64,000 bases of DNA, taken from assembly GCF_009914755.1 (NCBI RefSeq), contig NC_060925.1; one strand, written 5' to 3'. The DNA is from the human T2T-CHM13v2.0 reference genome, Homo sapiens. The position numbers were made by a program, and so were the translations under genes. The notes under the pieces are model-generated. The model was not told the origin of the DNA. It was given only the letters and a program-made list of their open reading frames with translations, and did not search any database. Shown piece after piece: positions 13,578 to 26,965 of the stretch (position 1 is the first letter of the stretch; the number at the start of each line of letters is the position of its first letter).

Positions 13578-14793
13578 TAGTCAAGCATCACTTAATGACA
13601 GAGATACCTTCTGAGAAATGCATCCTTAAGATATTGTAATTGTGCAAACATCATAGAGTGTACTTTCACAAACCTAGGTGGTACAGCCTGCTACACACCT
13701 AGGCTATAAGGTATAGCCTATTGCTCCTAGGCTACAAACCTGTACAACATGGTATCGTACTGAATACTGTAGGCACTTTTAGTAAAATGGTAAATATTTG
13801 TATATCTAAACATAGCTAAACACAGAAAAAGTACAGTAAAAGTACAGTATAATAACATAAAAAATGTAAGCCAGTATAGGTCACTTAACAGGAATAAAGT
13901 TTGTGGGATGGGAAGTTGCTCTGGGGTGGCAGGTGAGTGAATGGTAAGTGAACATAAAAGCCTAGAACATTACTGTACACTACTGTAGACTTCATCAACA
14001 CTCTACATTTAGGCTATATTAAGTTAATTTAAATTTTTTCTTTCTTCAATAATAAATTAAACTTTGCTAACTGTAGCTTTTTTATTTTATAAACTTTAAC
14101 ATTTTTTTAAATTTTTGACTCTTTTGTAATGACATTTAGTTAAAAACAAACACATTTTAGAGCTGTACAAAACTATTTTCTTTCTTTATATCCTTGTTCT
14201 ATAAGCTTTTTTCTATTTTTAAAATGTATTTTTCTTGTACTTTTCAAACTCTTTTGTTAAAAACAAAGACACAAACACACACATTGGCCTAGGCCTACAG
14301 AGGATCAGGGTCATCAATATCACTGTCTTCTGCTACTACGTCTTGTCCCACTAGAAGTTCTTCAGAGGTAATAGCAAGCATGGAGCTGTCCTTTCCTATG
14401 ATAACAATGCCTTCTTCTGTAATACATCCTAAAGGATATACCTGAGGTTTTTTTCACAGTTAACTTTTTTTTTAATAAGTAGGAGTATACTCTAAAATAA
14501 TGATAAAAAGTATAGTGATAGTAAATACAAAAATCAGTAACAGTCATGTATTATCATCAAATATTACACACTATATATAATTGTATGTGCTATACTTTTA
14601 TACAACTGGCAGCATAGTTGGTTTGTTTAGATCAGCATCACCACAAACATGTGAGTAATACGTTGCATTATAATGTTATAATGGCTGAGTCACTTAAGGA
14701 TAGGGCTTGTTTAGCTGTAGTATAATCTTATGGGACCACTGTCCTATATGCAGTCCGTTGTTGATGGAAATGTCATTATGCTGTGCATGACTA
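13578..14793 (+). mobile_element. Tigger3b-like (Tc1/mariner, non-autonomous) DNA transposon, essentially full length
   Basis: Termini TAGTCAAGCATCACTTAATGAC / GTCATTATGCTGTGCATGACTA match Tigger3 TIRs. TA target duplications at 13576-77 and 14794-95. Length about 1.2 kb. Confidence 0.9.
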
Positions 14794-15624
14794 TATTCTC
14801 TTCAGTAAAGTACACTGATATCTTTCCCCAAAATTATGTTTTCCCTTTATTTCTTGTTCTCCAAATTGTACCACAAATTGAGAGTATGTAGAAGATAAAT
14901 AGTTCTATAAAATTTGTTCCTATTACTGGTTGTGTCAGAGAAAGATCACAGTGAATTTATGGATGAATTACTTAATGCTAGAAAATACCACCCCAATTTT
15001 TCTGTGAAAATAAACCCCAGAGTTGCAGGAAAACTTCAGCTTTTGTATGGTAGATATATATGAGCATTCATAAACCCTGGATTTCTTAAGCCACTGAATC
15101 AATTCTCTTTGTGGGTTTCCAAAAACCCTAGGAGGAATCTTCTTGAGTGTCAATCATTGAAGCCAGAGAACACATGGTCATTTCAAACAAGACCACTCAT
15201 TAATCCCCCCAGCAACACACTCCTTATTTATTTTTATCAAAATGTACCCATCTCATAAACTTAGTACATTTTCCCAAAGAGCTAATAACATGGAACCTCT
15301 GGCCAAAGTCAATAACAACAACAAAATATTCTGCTAGCTTTAGCCAACCCCTATCTACTCCAAGTACAGAGATTAAATAGTTCATGCCTAGATGAAGCCC
15401 CAGTAAACTCACCCTCTGCCAAACCAAGAAAGATGCAAATATGGACTGGATATTCCTCTGCTTATTTGTTAAATATAACTACGTCTGGGAAAACTAGGTC
15501 ATTAATATCTCTTAAATGCCTCTCACATTTCAGGCCTGTGTTACCTTCATTAATGTTTATAGAAATCCTTTTGAGGGCTTCTGATCCATTCCTTCATTCA
15601 GTTATTCATTCACTAAATATTTGT

Positions 15625-15770
15625 TCCCATTTTACAGATGAGAAAACAGGCTGCTAGAGAATAAGCTTCAATAAGTAATTTGCCCAAGATCACACAGTCA
15701 GCTGATAAATTGCAGAGTAGAGATTCAAAGTTAGATAGATATGACTCCAAAATCATGTTCTTTCTATCAT
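15625..15770 (-). mobile_element. MIR fragment
   Basis: 'cccatttttacagatgagaaaac'-type core and 'aagtaatttgcccaagatcacacag'. Confidence 0.7.
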
Positions 15771-15984
15771 TCAGAGCTTCCAGCAGGATCATCTGAGGCC
15801 TCTATACGTATTTCTGAGTCCCACCCTATATCATTTAATCAGAATTTTCTTTGGTTGAGCCCGAAATCTATTTTAACAGGGGTTCCATGTGATTTTGATA
15901 TGTAGCTTGGTTTAGGAACAACTAAAACACACAGTAGCTTTTCAACTCCTAACATAGTAACTGGTCCAAAACACCTTATAAGTA

Positions 15985-16580
15985 ATAATTCATTTTACAA
16001 ATATTTATTAAGCACTTACTATGTGTTAGGCATTGTTATAGGTATGGCAGTGAGCAAAACACAAAAATTCCTGCCCTCGTGGAGCTTATATTCTAGTGTG
16101 GAAATGGAGGCAGTTCACAGGGGACAGAGGAAAACCTAAGTAAGTACATTATGCATTATATTAGGAGGTGGTAAATGCTAAGAAGACAATAGAGAAGTGT
16201 AAGGTGATAAGGAGGGGTGGGGGGATAATGTATTAAATAAGGCGGTCAAGATTGTTTTCTGTGCAAAGGTGAGATTTAAAGAAGGCGAGGAATGTGCCAT
16301 GCGCTTGCCTGGGTAAAATCATCAGGCAGATGGAGTAGCTAGCACAAAGGTGCTAAGGCCTCTAAACATGTACCTGGTGCATCCAAGAACCATCAAGGGG
16401 ACCAATGGAGGTGGAGGAAATGGGCTGGAGAAAGAAGTGAAAGCTAAAGTCAGAAAGGTAATGAAGGGAATAGTCAGATGAGCTCATGTTGGGTCTTACA
16501 GGCTATTGTAAGTACTTTTACTTTTTCTCTGAGTGAAATGGGGAACAACTGTCAGGTACTGAGTGAAAAAGTTATATGTT
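15985..16580 (-). mobile_element. L2 3' fragment
   Basis: 'caaatatttattaagcacttactatgtg...cctgccctcgtggagcttatattctagtg' is an antisense L2 3' end. Confidence 0.8.
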
Positions 16581-18131
16581 CTGATAAATAAAAAACAAGT
16601 CCATATATAAAGGCTAGAAGAAGATTTTGAAAGACATATCATCCAGACTCCTCTGCAAAGGCAGGTGTTTTTCTACATTACTCTAGGGAAACTCTTGTCA
16701 ATTTCACACAAAAGCAGGCTTCATTATTCTGTAGTCACTCATCCATTTAATTCACTCATTAACCAAATATTCATCAACCTCACAGTCTACCCTGTGTAAG
16801 GTGCTTGCTAAGTTCAGAAGGCTTTCTGGGATTTATAACTTGGCCCCCAAGGTGCTCATGGGCCTTAGTAGCAATACATGTGGTCCAGCTTGCCTGTGAA
16901 GTAATTGTTTATTCTCAATCTGCTTAACGTTCATTGTAATTAAACCCCCTTTCCTGTGGCTGATTGTCAAAGGTGACGTAGCCGGTCAAGGCAGTCACCT
17001 GCTCTAAGTCTGTGACAAGCCATGGCCAGCAGTCTCTTCTAAAAGTTTATTGGAAGAGAAAAGTGTTGTATGCCCAAGTGTATATGAATGGAGAGACTGG
17101 AGATTATTGTCAGAGAAGAGAGGAGTTTTTCTTCTGTGTCCTACAAGTGAAGATGGGAGAAGGATGCAGTGATGCCTGGGAATCTTGAGGAGTAGAAGGG
17201 AAGCATGTGTTAGCTAACTGCTTTTGCTTATGTAGTATGTATTTTGAACTTCATTGCTAATGAATAGGGAAATGCTTCAGAGCAACAGCAAAACATGGAA
17301 TGAAGGCATGCCAAAAGGAAAAACTTTTAACATAGTGACTAATTCTTTTAAAATGATTTAGCTCACAGACTTCACAGGTAGTGGAAATAGTGTGGTAATG
17401 TACAACATAGCAGAATAAGTCACCTCAGTTTTCTTATTCAGAAGGGGTAAATAGGCAGGGACCAAAAATCTGATTAATATTCTATCAATGCTTTAATGCA
17501 AGGACATTTCAATGGCCACATTTAAAAGATTTTTCTTTGTGCTTTACATCTAGGCCAATTAATCTATGCTAATATAAAACAAAAATTATTTTGTTTTATA
17601 AATACATCAGTCTAATGGACAGTTGAAACACATCCCACCTCCCCATTCACTTTTTTATTCCTAGAGATTTAAATCAATGAACTGAATTTTTATTTTTACA
17701 AGACATGTTGGCTATAAATATATCACAAATCATAATTATAAACATATCATACTATGAAGAAGTAGAAAATCTCTGATATAGAGGCATCATTTTCTAAATA
17801 TATTCTTGCCATTTTACGTTGAAGAATGAAGATAAATAGGAATGTGACTAGAAATCATAAAAATACCAAACTGCTATTTCCCAGAAGTGACAAAAATATG
17901 AACGAACTTTAAAAAAAATTGTTTAGATGGGCTATAATACTTGATTGAGAGTTCAAGTCCTACTGATGACCAAATTTCTCTAAATCTCAAGCTTAGATAT
18001 TGATGATGGAAAATGGGCATAAAGGCTAGATTCTGGCTGCCCTCCAGTTATTGGCAGAATCCAGGTGGAAGTGCAGTGGTGTGACACCAAAGTATCCACT
18101 TCACTCAGTCAAAGATGCCAAGTGGTGTTAT

Positions 18132-18819
18132 TTTAGTGGTGTTGTTGTTTGGTGTCAATATCCGAGATTCATTGTCTTATGGCCATGGAAAATTAGGACG
18201 CAGGCACACACAGAGTGAAGTTCAGAGTGGAAGTTTAATAGGTGAAAGAAAGAGAAGTGCTCTCTCTGCTGAAGAGACAGGGGTCCTGAAGAAATGTGTT
18301 GCTGCTTTTGCAGTGAAATACAGAAGGTTTTATGGATGAGCTTGAGGAGGTGGTGTCTGATTTACATAGGGCATGAAAAATTGGTTGGGCCAGGTGTTCC
18401 ATTTGCATAAGGCATGAAAAACTGGTTAGGACTGGGTGTGCCATGCATAGTGCACGAAAAGGCTGGCCACCCACCCTAATCTTTCATTAAGCAGATGGGT
18501 TCTCTATACGGCTGGCGCCACATTGCCTGGTTTTCTACCGTACATATGGTGACAAAGAAAAAGGAAGATGGAGTCGCTGTGCTGAACATACCTGGCTTCC
18601 AGGTAGCTCTTTCCTATTGGCACAAGCTGCCAGCATTCATCTGTGCAAGTTTCCAGCTTGCTTATCTATGTTTGCAGATAGATTTTTCAGGCTGCTCTTT
18701 GTTAGAAAAGAAATGATTTGGGGGCTGCTTTTTTTGATGTTGTTGTTAAAAAGGAAATTCACTGAGGACTCTGTTGCCTTACTATCTGCCTAAATAATTT
18801 ATTTCTATCTCCTGTATCA
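18132..18819 (-). mobile_element. LTR9-family solo LTR (ERV1)
   Basis: Reverse complement starts TGATACAGGAGATAGAAATAAATTATTTAGGCAGATAG and includes AAAGCAGCCCCCAAATCATT and AGCAAGCTGGAAACTTGCAC. Flanks ttat/ctat form an imperfect 4-bp TSD. Confidence 0.75.
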
Positions 18820-18906
18820 CTATGACAGGGGGAAACAAACAAGAAAAGAAGGGCTGATCCTGCCTTCTACATATGTGGTGATGCTGTTTGTTCATTTATG
18901 GGTCAC

Positions 18907-19199
18907 TTTTTTGTATCTGAGACGGAGCTTGGCTCTTGTTGCCCAGGCTGGAGTGCAGTGGTGCGATCTCGGCTCACCGCAACCTCCACCTCCTGAGGTC
19001 TAGGGATTCTCCTGCCTCAGCCTCCGAGTAGCTGGGATTACAGGCACGCACCACCACGCCCAGCTAATTTTGTATTTTTGGTAGAGACGGGGTTTTTGTA
19101 TGTTGGTCAGGCTGGTCTTGAACTCCTGACCTCAGGTGATCTGCCTGCCTCGGCCTCCCAAAGTGCTGGGATTACAGGCGTGAGCCACCTCGCCCGGCC
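18907..19199 (-). mobile_element. Alu (AluSp-like)
   Basis: Full dimer antisense with 'tcttgttgccc', 'ctcaccgcaacc' and 'ttggtcagg' diagnostics. Confidence 0.95.
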
Positions 19200-19859
19200 T
19201 ATTGGGCACTGTTAAGTGACATTTTTGTGAAGATTCTGTGGGACATGGAGAAACTTCCTCTTGGGAGCTAGCTTGTGCTAATCCCCACAGCACAAGTGGG
19301 AATTAATGTGTGCTCACTGATTCATGCTGGTTGAAGTGTTTTTTTTTTTTTTTCTGAAGGCTTTTTTCCTTTGACATTTTCTGTTTTTCTAACTAAAAGA
19401 CCGGCTCCGTGAGTTTAAAGGATTATAATCTTTTGCATTTGTATTTTTCTGCATGCATTGAAGAGCATTTAAGAATATTGCCAATTAAAAGAATATGCAT
19501 TTAATTTAGAAATATGAATTTGATTAGCTAATGTTCATCTTTAACATTTTCTAAGGCTGAAATGCTAATCTCTTTGCTTTCTTATCAGACTAATGTTCAG
19601 ATCACACTGGCTTGATAGCTGACTCATTTTCTCAGTGCAGTGAAGGGTGGCCACCTGCCAATAAATGATGCCTAATACCACAGTTAAATGAAAGGTAAAC
19701 TTTTTTTTAACTTTACAAAAGGCATGATTCTAGTATCTTGAATGAGGTAGAACTTTGGCTATGAAGAAATGAAGAGATCAGCAATCATTTTCCCCTAAAC
19801 AACTATAAAGCTGGACAAATTTGATGAAAACAATTATCCCAGCAACCTGGAAATCTTCC

Positions 19860-21070
19860 AAGGCAGTCTGTGAAAACCAGCAGCTTTGCTTTGCAGGAGA
19901 CTGACTTTATTTGGAGTGAAAGAAGGAAGACCCACACCCAGCAGCAAATGAGAAAAGTCTGCCGCTCTCCTAGCCTAAGGTTGCAGTCCCTGTTGGGGTG
20001 TAAGTAGAATATCAGAGGGTTAGTCAGGGAGATCCTGGAAACGAGATAGTCATTGAGGGCCTTAATAAGCATTGCATACATCCTTGGCTTTCTGGAAGCT
20101 TCTACACTTATGCAGCAGAGACCTGAGAGGGCCCAGCAGAAAGAAAGAATTGGGGCTGGCTTCCAAACTGCCCAGACTTAGAATGCAACCCCCTAAACCA
20201 AACACAGATCCACAGAGAGTAGAAGCCTTATCAACTAGAGGTGTTGGAGCATAGCCTGTGACCAGTCATTGGCTGACCACTAAGCTACACAGACACAGAG
20301 ATGACCCCTAAGAAGCAGGCTGAAAAGTGAAAGTAAGAATTTTTTTCAAAAATCTGAGCTGAGACGTCAGAGTAGCCATACACCACAGGGATGACAGGTT
20401 CTGCTGCTTTAGTCTAGGTTAGTTCATTTAACAAAAGAGAAATGATCTGGGCCTGGTGGCTCACGCCTGTAATCCCAACACTTTCGGAGGCTGAGGAGGG
20501 ACAATCACGTGAGGTCAGGAGCTCATTACCAGCCTGGCCAATATGGTGAAACCCCATCTTTACTAAAAACAAAACAAAAAAAATTAACTGAGTGCTCATC
20601 TGTAATCCCAGCTACTTGGAAAGCTGAGGCAGGCAAATTGCTTAAACTCGGAACTCGGGAGGCAGAGGTTGCGGTGAGGCGAGATGGCACCATTCATTTC
20701 ACTCCAGCCTGGGCAACGGAGCAAGACTCTTAAAAAAAAAAGTAGGAGGAGTAAACAAAAAATGCAGCAGTAATAGAAACCCTCAGCAGAAAAAAAAAAG
20801 AAAATTAGAATCGGAATTGCTGTATTATCAAAAACATCCAGTTTTCCATAAAAAATTATAAGACACGCTAAGAAGCAGAAAAGTGTGAACCATACTCAAG
20901 GGAGAAAAAAAGAAGTCAATGGAAATAAACTCTGAGAGGCCCTATAAATTAGATTTAGCAGACAGCCACTGTATTAAAGAACCAACAGAGAATATGACAA
21001 TGACTCAATATATAGAGAATATCCATAAAGAAATCAAATCTGTTTAAAAGCACCAGATAAAAATTTTTAT
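19860..21070 (+). mobile_element. Ancient L1M (L1MD/ME-like) 5'/ORF1-start relic, interrupted by an Alu
   Basis: 'catccagttttccataaaaaattataagacacgctaagaagcagaaaagtgtgaaccatactc' is typical of old L1M ORF1 starts. Confidence 0.55.
20444..20741 (+). mobile_element. Alu (AluS, diverged; small deletion and a 7-bp duplication aactcgg)
   Basis: 'ggtggctcacgcctgtaatccc...actccagcctgggcaac' plus A-tail. Confidence 0.95.
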
Positions 21071-21688
21071 ATTTAATACCATATGTTAAGATTATTTACT
21101 ATATTTTGCTCTCCACATGAGCTCACTTTCTGGATAATTGCAAAGTTAAGTAATTGCCTGGAAAAGGTAAACATTTTTAAAGTTCTTAAAAGGAGGCTTA
21201 ACTTACTTGACACAACTGCAATAAAATAGCAGTTTGAATCAACATACAATCTTTCTTGTATCTATCAGATGATGTCATGCAGAATTGCTAACACACACTT
21301 TTTGATGTAAGACTTTCTCAATAAACTTCATTCATAATCAGAACCCTCAGTGTGATATAATTTTTCCTAAATCTCTGAATAAATAAATAAAAGTATGTTG
21401 ACTTTGATTTATTTGTGTTTTTCTTAGGCACCTAATGACGACAGCTTAGGTTAGGAAGAGTCAATTTACAGGTGTGATAGAATTAAATGGCTAATGACGG
21501 AGGAGGTGAGGCATTTTAAATTTTAAACTAACAAGCTTAATTCCTTCAATATTTATACCTTACTTTGGGCTCATGATATGCTGCTGAACTTCTGTTCCAA
21601 CGTAGTGTTCCTTTCTTGCATGATCTTTCTTCTCAAAAGGAATTGTTTCTCTCTGAGCAAAACCATACATTTTGTCCTCTTTCTGTGA

Positions 21689-22015
<327 letters not shown>

Positions 22016-22339
22016 CTGTATGTGTTTTATAAAGTTTTGCTGATGGCGTAGCTGTAAAGGAATGAAGAGAAACTTGCGTGTAGAATTTTAGCCACATCTT
22101 GAAAATGCAAAGAAGTTTGAACAAAAATGCAGTGAAGTGGGATAGTGGAGTCAATCGTTTCCGGCACTGAAAACAGCATGCCCAAATGTAGAACAGAAGG
22201 AAATCACACTGATGTAGGGGCCCAACAGCCCAACTAGTTCATCAGGGGTTAGAAGGCGTGCAAAAGGACACCCAGAAATGATAAAATAGAAGACTTCCCT
22301 CTATCTTTTAACTGAAGAAAACTTGAAGCATGAAAGAGT

Positions 22340-22639
22340 TTGTTTTGCTTGTTTGTTTTGAGATGGAGTCTTGCTCTGTCTCCCACACTGGAGTGCAGTG
22401 GTACAATATCAGCTCACAGCAACTCCTGCCTCCCATATTCAAGCGATTCTCCTGCCTCAGCCTCCTGAGTAGCTGGGATTACAGGTGCCTGCCACCATGC
22501 CCAACTAACTTTTGTATTTTTAGTAGAGATAGGGTTTCACCATGTTGGCCAACCTGGTCTCGAACTCCTGACCTCGTGATCCACACGCCTTGTCCTCCTA
22601 AAGTGCTTTGATTACAGGCATGAGCCACCGCCCCCGGCC
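22340..22639 (-). mobile_element. Alu (AluSg-like)
   Basis: Antisense dimer with 'cctgacctcgtgatcc' and a (GTTT)-type tail. Confidence 0.95.
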
Positions 22640-25600
22640 AGTTTTGTATTTTTTAGAATTGAAGTGGTATTGATCAGCATATTTCAGGAAGTAGGTTCTA
22701 TTTTCTATGCTGAGTTTTAAGGATTCAGTCTCTGAAAGCAGTCAAAGGAATGGATTTTCCTGACATTATCACATGAGATCATCTATAATTACTTGTTAAA
22801 AGTTTACATGCCCTCCTCTTATAGGAGGCTTTGAGAAGTGATTTTACTACTAATTATTATTATAAGTTTTATATACTATTCTTCAAAGGTAACTCTTCTT
22901 TCTTTAGTATCACCCAATCAATACGAGTTATTTTTCCTAAGTCGTTCCTATTGTCCCTTCAGTCTGATGAAAATCTTGACATAAACCTAAATGAAAATAC
23001 TGATTTTTCTCAAATATGGTTTTCAACATATTCTATTCTCCTCTCTCTTCCCTGCCTACAGTTGGGACCCAAACTCCTCCCCAGCCTCCATCCAATTTTG
23101 TCTTCTGTATTTAGGAAAATTTATTGGGAAAAGAAATGCAAGTCTCTTCTGACTGATCTCACCCCACAGCAAGCTTTCCCTCATTTAAAATGTCCTTGGC
23201 CCCAGTGTCTGTAACAACTACATGGGCTCTGATTTCCTTGTGTACCGCCTAATAATTATCAGTCTTCGGGCACATCCTTTAGTCTTCCCACTGGTTCCCA
23301 AGTTCCTGGAGAGCAATGTATACCTGTACAGCCAATTTAATCTTGTATGGTATAGACATGATGATTAACTAAATGCACAAACAAGGGAAAGACATTCATA
23401 ATTTTCTATATATTCAGAAACAATAGACTGTATTATATTAACTCTAATCTATATTCTTCTCATCAAATTTTAAGTTGATTTGCCATTATCAAATGAACAT
23501 ATTTAACAGCAAAATCAATTTCAGAGAACATTTTCTTCTAAAAGCAAATTATAAGTCTATCACAAATATTAAAAATATTTCCATAGAGTAGAACAAGAAT
23601 GTACTATTAAGGTGATCTATAGGCAAATAAAATTATATATTTCATCTCAAATTATTATTAGTGCTTTAAGTATTAAAACTTTAATATAGAGTTAAATATA
23701 ATATGTAAATATATTGTAAAATTTAATATATGCTAAAAACAATATTTAAAATATTAAACTCATCTTAAGGCTCAAGATTCTACACCCTAGCTTCATTCTT
23801 TGCTCCTAAGACACTACTCTAACTAAAACAGGTCTTGCACACTTGAGCTTTATATGCTGCTACTTTTAACTACTCTTGAAAAGTGAAATTTAAGTGTTTT
23901 CTTCCAGAGAATTGGAGCAAACAAAATTAAAGCTATCATCTGTGATCTTTTACCTTGACTAGTAGAAAAGGGTGATCCTAATGTAATTATTGAAACAGTG
24001 ATGATATCAAATATAAAAATAATGTTTACTGCAGCTCCCTCTGCTTCCCAGCCAGCCTTTGAAGCGAGGTAATTTCCAAATCAATTTGCCTCTCACTCAA
24101 GTCACTTCATCTTTCAGCTGGTCCCACTTGAAGAAAAAAAAACATTAATTGGACTTGCCATTGTGTCTTGGACTCTTTTGGTGACAATTTTCTGTGACAG
24201 GGTAAAAGAGTTGCTAATTCATTGCTTCAGGAAATGAAGGCCTAATAGCTTCACATCTGGTAAATTATGGCTTTCCTGCTCCTCAAGGCAGCAGCGGTAC
24301 ACAAGGCATTATTTGGAATTAAAGGAAAAAAAAAACAGCAAAGGAAATCAATTTTTACATTTACAGTGGACTCTTTCAAAAATTAAGATTTATAAGCCAA
24401 GAACGTTTCTTTATAAAAGCATCCATTGTCTAAGACATAGAATTGAGTCAGCCAGAGGGTAAATTGAGCAAAAACGCTTCCAATATCTTAATGGAAACTC
24501 TGAGAAGTCACTGTAGAATTAAATCATGTGGCATAGCTTTTTGCCCCTGGGGGTGGGCCATGTGTAAATTGTGCAAATGTAATGATACAGTCTTTTGGGC
24601 CTTTGGGGAATACGACAAATAAAGATTGACTTTACTTTGAGTGGGGATCATGTTGCATACTGGATGGGAAATTCAGTTTGGCCCCATTTTTACATGATGC
24701 CTAGACAGATCAGTTTGCAAAAGAAGTATGGAAAAGGAGAAGTACGGAGGAAATTCCCCCAAAGGACACATATGGGACACCGCAACCTTCTTTATGAAGA
24801 ATTACAAGAGCTCGGGTATAGAAATTGAGATGTTTCACCCCAGTTATTGTCCCGATGGTAGGATTGGTGGTGAATGGCTTTTATCACATCAAGACTAAGT
24901 TGCACCATGGACTTGTGAAATTACCCCAATGACTTCCATATTTTTCCCTATCTAGTTCACAAGGAAAAATGAACAATGATAACCAAAGAGGCAAACTGCA
25001 GAATTTTAGCAGTAGATATCAGAGGTCTGGCAAAAACAAATCTAATATCTAGAAGGGCGCTGGTCCTTAGAGATGAGGGCTCTTTTTATCCTGGCAGTAC
25101 AGTGACCACCACAATCACAGCGTAGAATTTACTTCCACCTAATCTTCTGTAATCCCCAATTGGAGCAATTAATTTTACAAGGGGTCATGCTCCCTTTCTG
25201 TGGTATTTCTATTGAGAGCTTAATGATGTGTCCTTTATGATGCATTTTGGCAGCACCTTTCACCCAGACCTGAAAATATTCATTGATTATGATCAGCAAT
25301 TTTGGTGTTGTAAATGGGGTGTAGCTGAAGTGTTTCCTTGATGACAGAGCATAGAACAGCCTGTGCCTAGAAAGGGAGAGAGAAAGGGAGAGAGACACTG
25401 TGGGTTTAGAACTCATTTCACTTATCTAAACATGGGCCTTGTTCCATACAGATGACACAAAGAGGAACTGAAGTGGAAAGTAGAGTGTATACTAGGATCA
25501 GCAGTTCCAAGCAGAACTAGGAGATAAGGGAAAGCACCACATTTTAGGATCAGAAGCTGGAAAACAACAAGAATCTGATGGCCTCACACACTATCTTCTT

Positions 25601-26324
25601 TGTCTTATTCACTTTAGCCCTCAACCACTAAATGACCCATGTTCAGATATCTGCTCATCTGAAGGCATTTTAACAAATTGGCTTAAATAATTGACATATT
25701 TTTCCTAAGCTCCTCTCATCTCCTAAAACCAGGAAATTGTCATTGTGATTTTTTTTTTAAATATCAGAGCAAAGCTTTGAAAATTAATTCAATTCACTGG
25801 CTTTTGTCCAAAAACAAATCTGGGGACTTCAAATAAGTTAAGCTTTTCCAGATCCACTGTTTCCAAGGAGAAGAAGTTTTATTGTTGTTGTTGTTTAAGT
25901 ATTGGAGGAGATGTGAGGGAATACAGAAAGATGGCAAACGTACAACTTTAAATATTCTACAAAAAGTTCAAACCGATCACAATTTCAAAAATTGTTTTTA
26001 CATTTATTATCTCATTTTATCTTCCCAGCAACCTTATGATGTGGCCAGTGCCAACATCCTCATTTTTCACATAAGAAAATTGAGGCCCAGATTGTTGTGT
26101 AAGCCATTTTGCCAAGGATCTTAACAAAAGCAAACTAGAACACTAGAACATAACCTACCCCTGGACTCTTTTCCATAAACCACATTGCTGCTATGTCTCT
26201 TGCTCCCCTTTGTAGAGAATCAAGCCTCTTTTTGTCTGAGGACTCATAATGTGTCCCAGGCATCTTAAGTGGTACACAGAGAGAGAAAGAGAAAGGGAGA
26301 GAGAGAAAAAAACAATTTAACAAT

Positions 26325-26555
26325 TTAGCCTTTACTATGTAGCAGGTCTATTTAAAGCCTTTATATGTAAGAATTCATTTAATCATCACAAGATTACAAT
26401 GTATGTCCGGTTGTCTGGGAATATTTTACAGATGAGAAAATATCCAAAAAGGATATGGAACTTGCCCAAGTACACACAGCTCATAAGTGATGGGGCTGGG
26501 GTTTGAATTGAGGAAAGTCTGGCTCTTGAGTCAGTACTCTTACCCACTGTACTTT
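26325..26555 (-). mobile_element. MIR
   Basis: 'attttacagatgagaaaat...cttgcccaagtacacacagc...ggggctggggtttgaa'. Confidence 0.7.
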
Positions 26556-26632
26556 ATTCCCTCTCTAAAGTCAGTGAAATTCTTTCTTATCTTTCTCAAT
26601 ATTGAGCAAAACTTTTGTCACATAAAAATCAC

Positions 26633-26634
<2 letters not shown>

Positions 26635-26669
<35 letters not shown>

Positions 26670-26670
26670 A
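26635..26670. repeat. (CAA)n microsatellite, about 11 units
   Basis: Direct reading; source of the poly-Q in ORF 26487..26780. Confidence 0.95.
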
Positions 26671-26738
26671 ACGTTTCATGGATTGGGAAAGAAGGGCGGA
26701 CACCCTGCCATCTTGTCTACTTGCCTTTTGGCCTAGGA

Positions 26739-26965
26739 CTGGGTTTTATGGCCTCTCCAGTGCTGACATTTGGACCTTGATAATTCCTTGTTGTGGGAGC
26801 TGTCCTGTGCCTTGTAGGATGTTTAGCAGCATCCCTGTCCTCTACCCTCTAGATGCTGATAGTGCCCCTCAATTGTGATTATCAAAAATGTCTCCAGACA
26901 TTACCAAATATCCATGGCAGTAGGGGTAGGGGGATGGAAAATCACCTCAAGGTTGAGAATTCCTG
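26739..26965 (-). mobile_element. MER20 (hAT-Charlie MITE), full length
   Basis: Antisense match to MER20 ('gtaggatgtttagcagcatccctg', 'aaaaatgtctccagacatt', 'ggttgagaattcctg'). Degenerate 8-bp TSD GCCTAGGA / GCCTCGGG. Confidence 0.9.

Noticed and set aside
23640-23760. Extremely AT-rich tract
   Set aside because: Low complexity without a defined period or long palindrome.
26487-26780. Poly-Q ORF
   Set aside because: Translation of a MIR, a (CAA)n microsatellite and the start of MER20.
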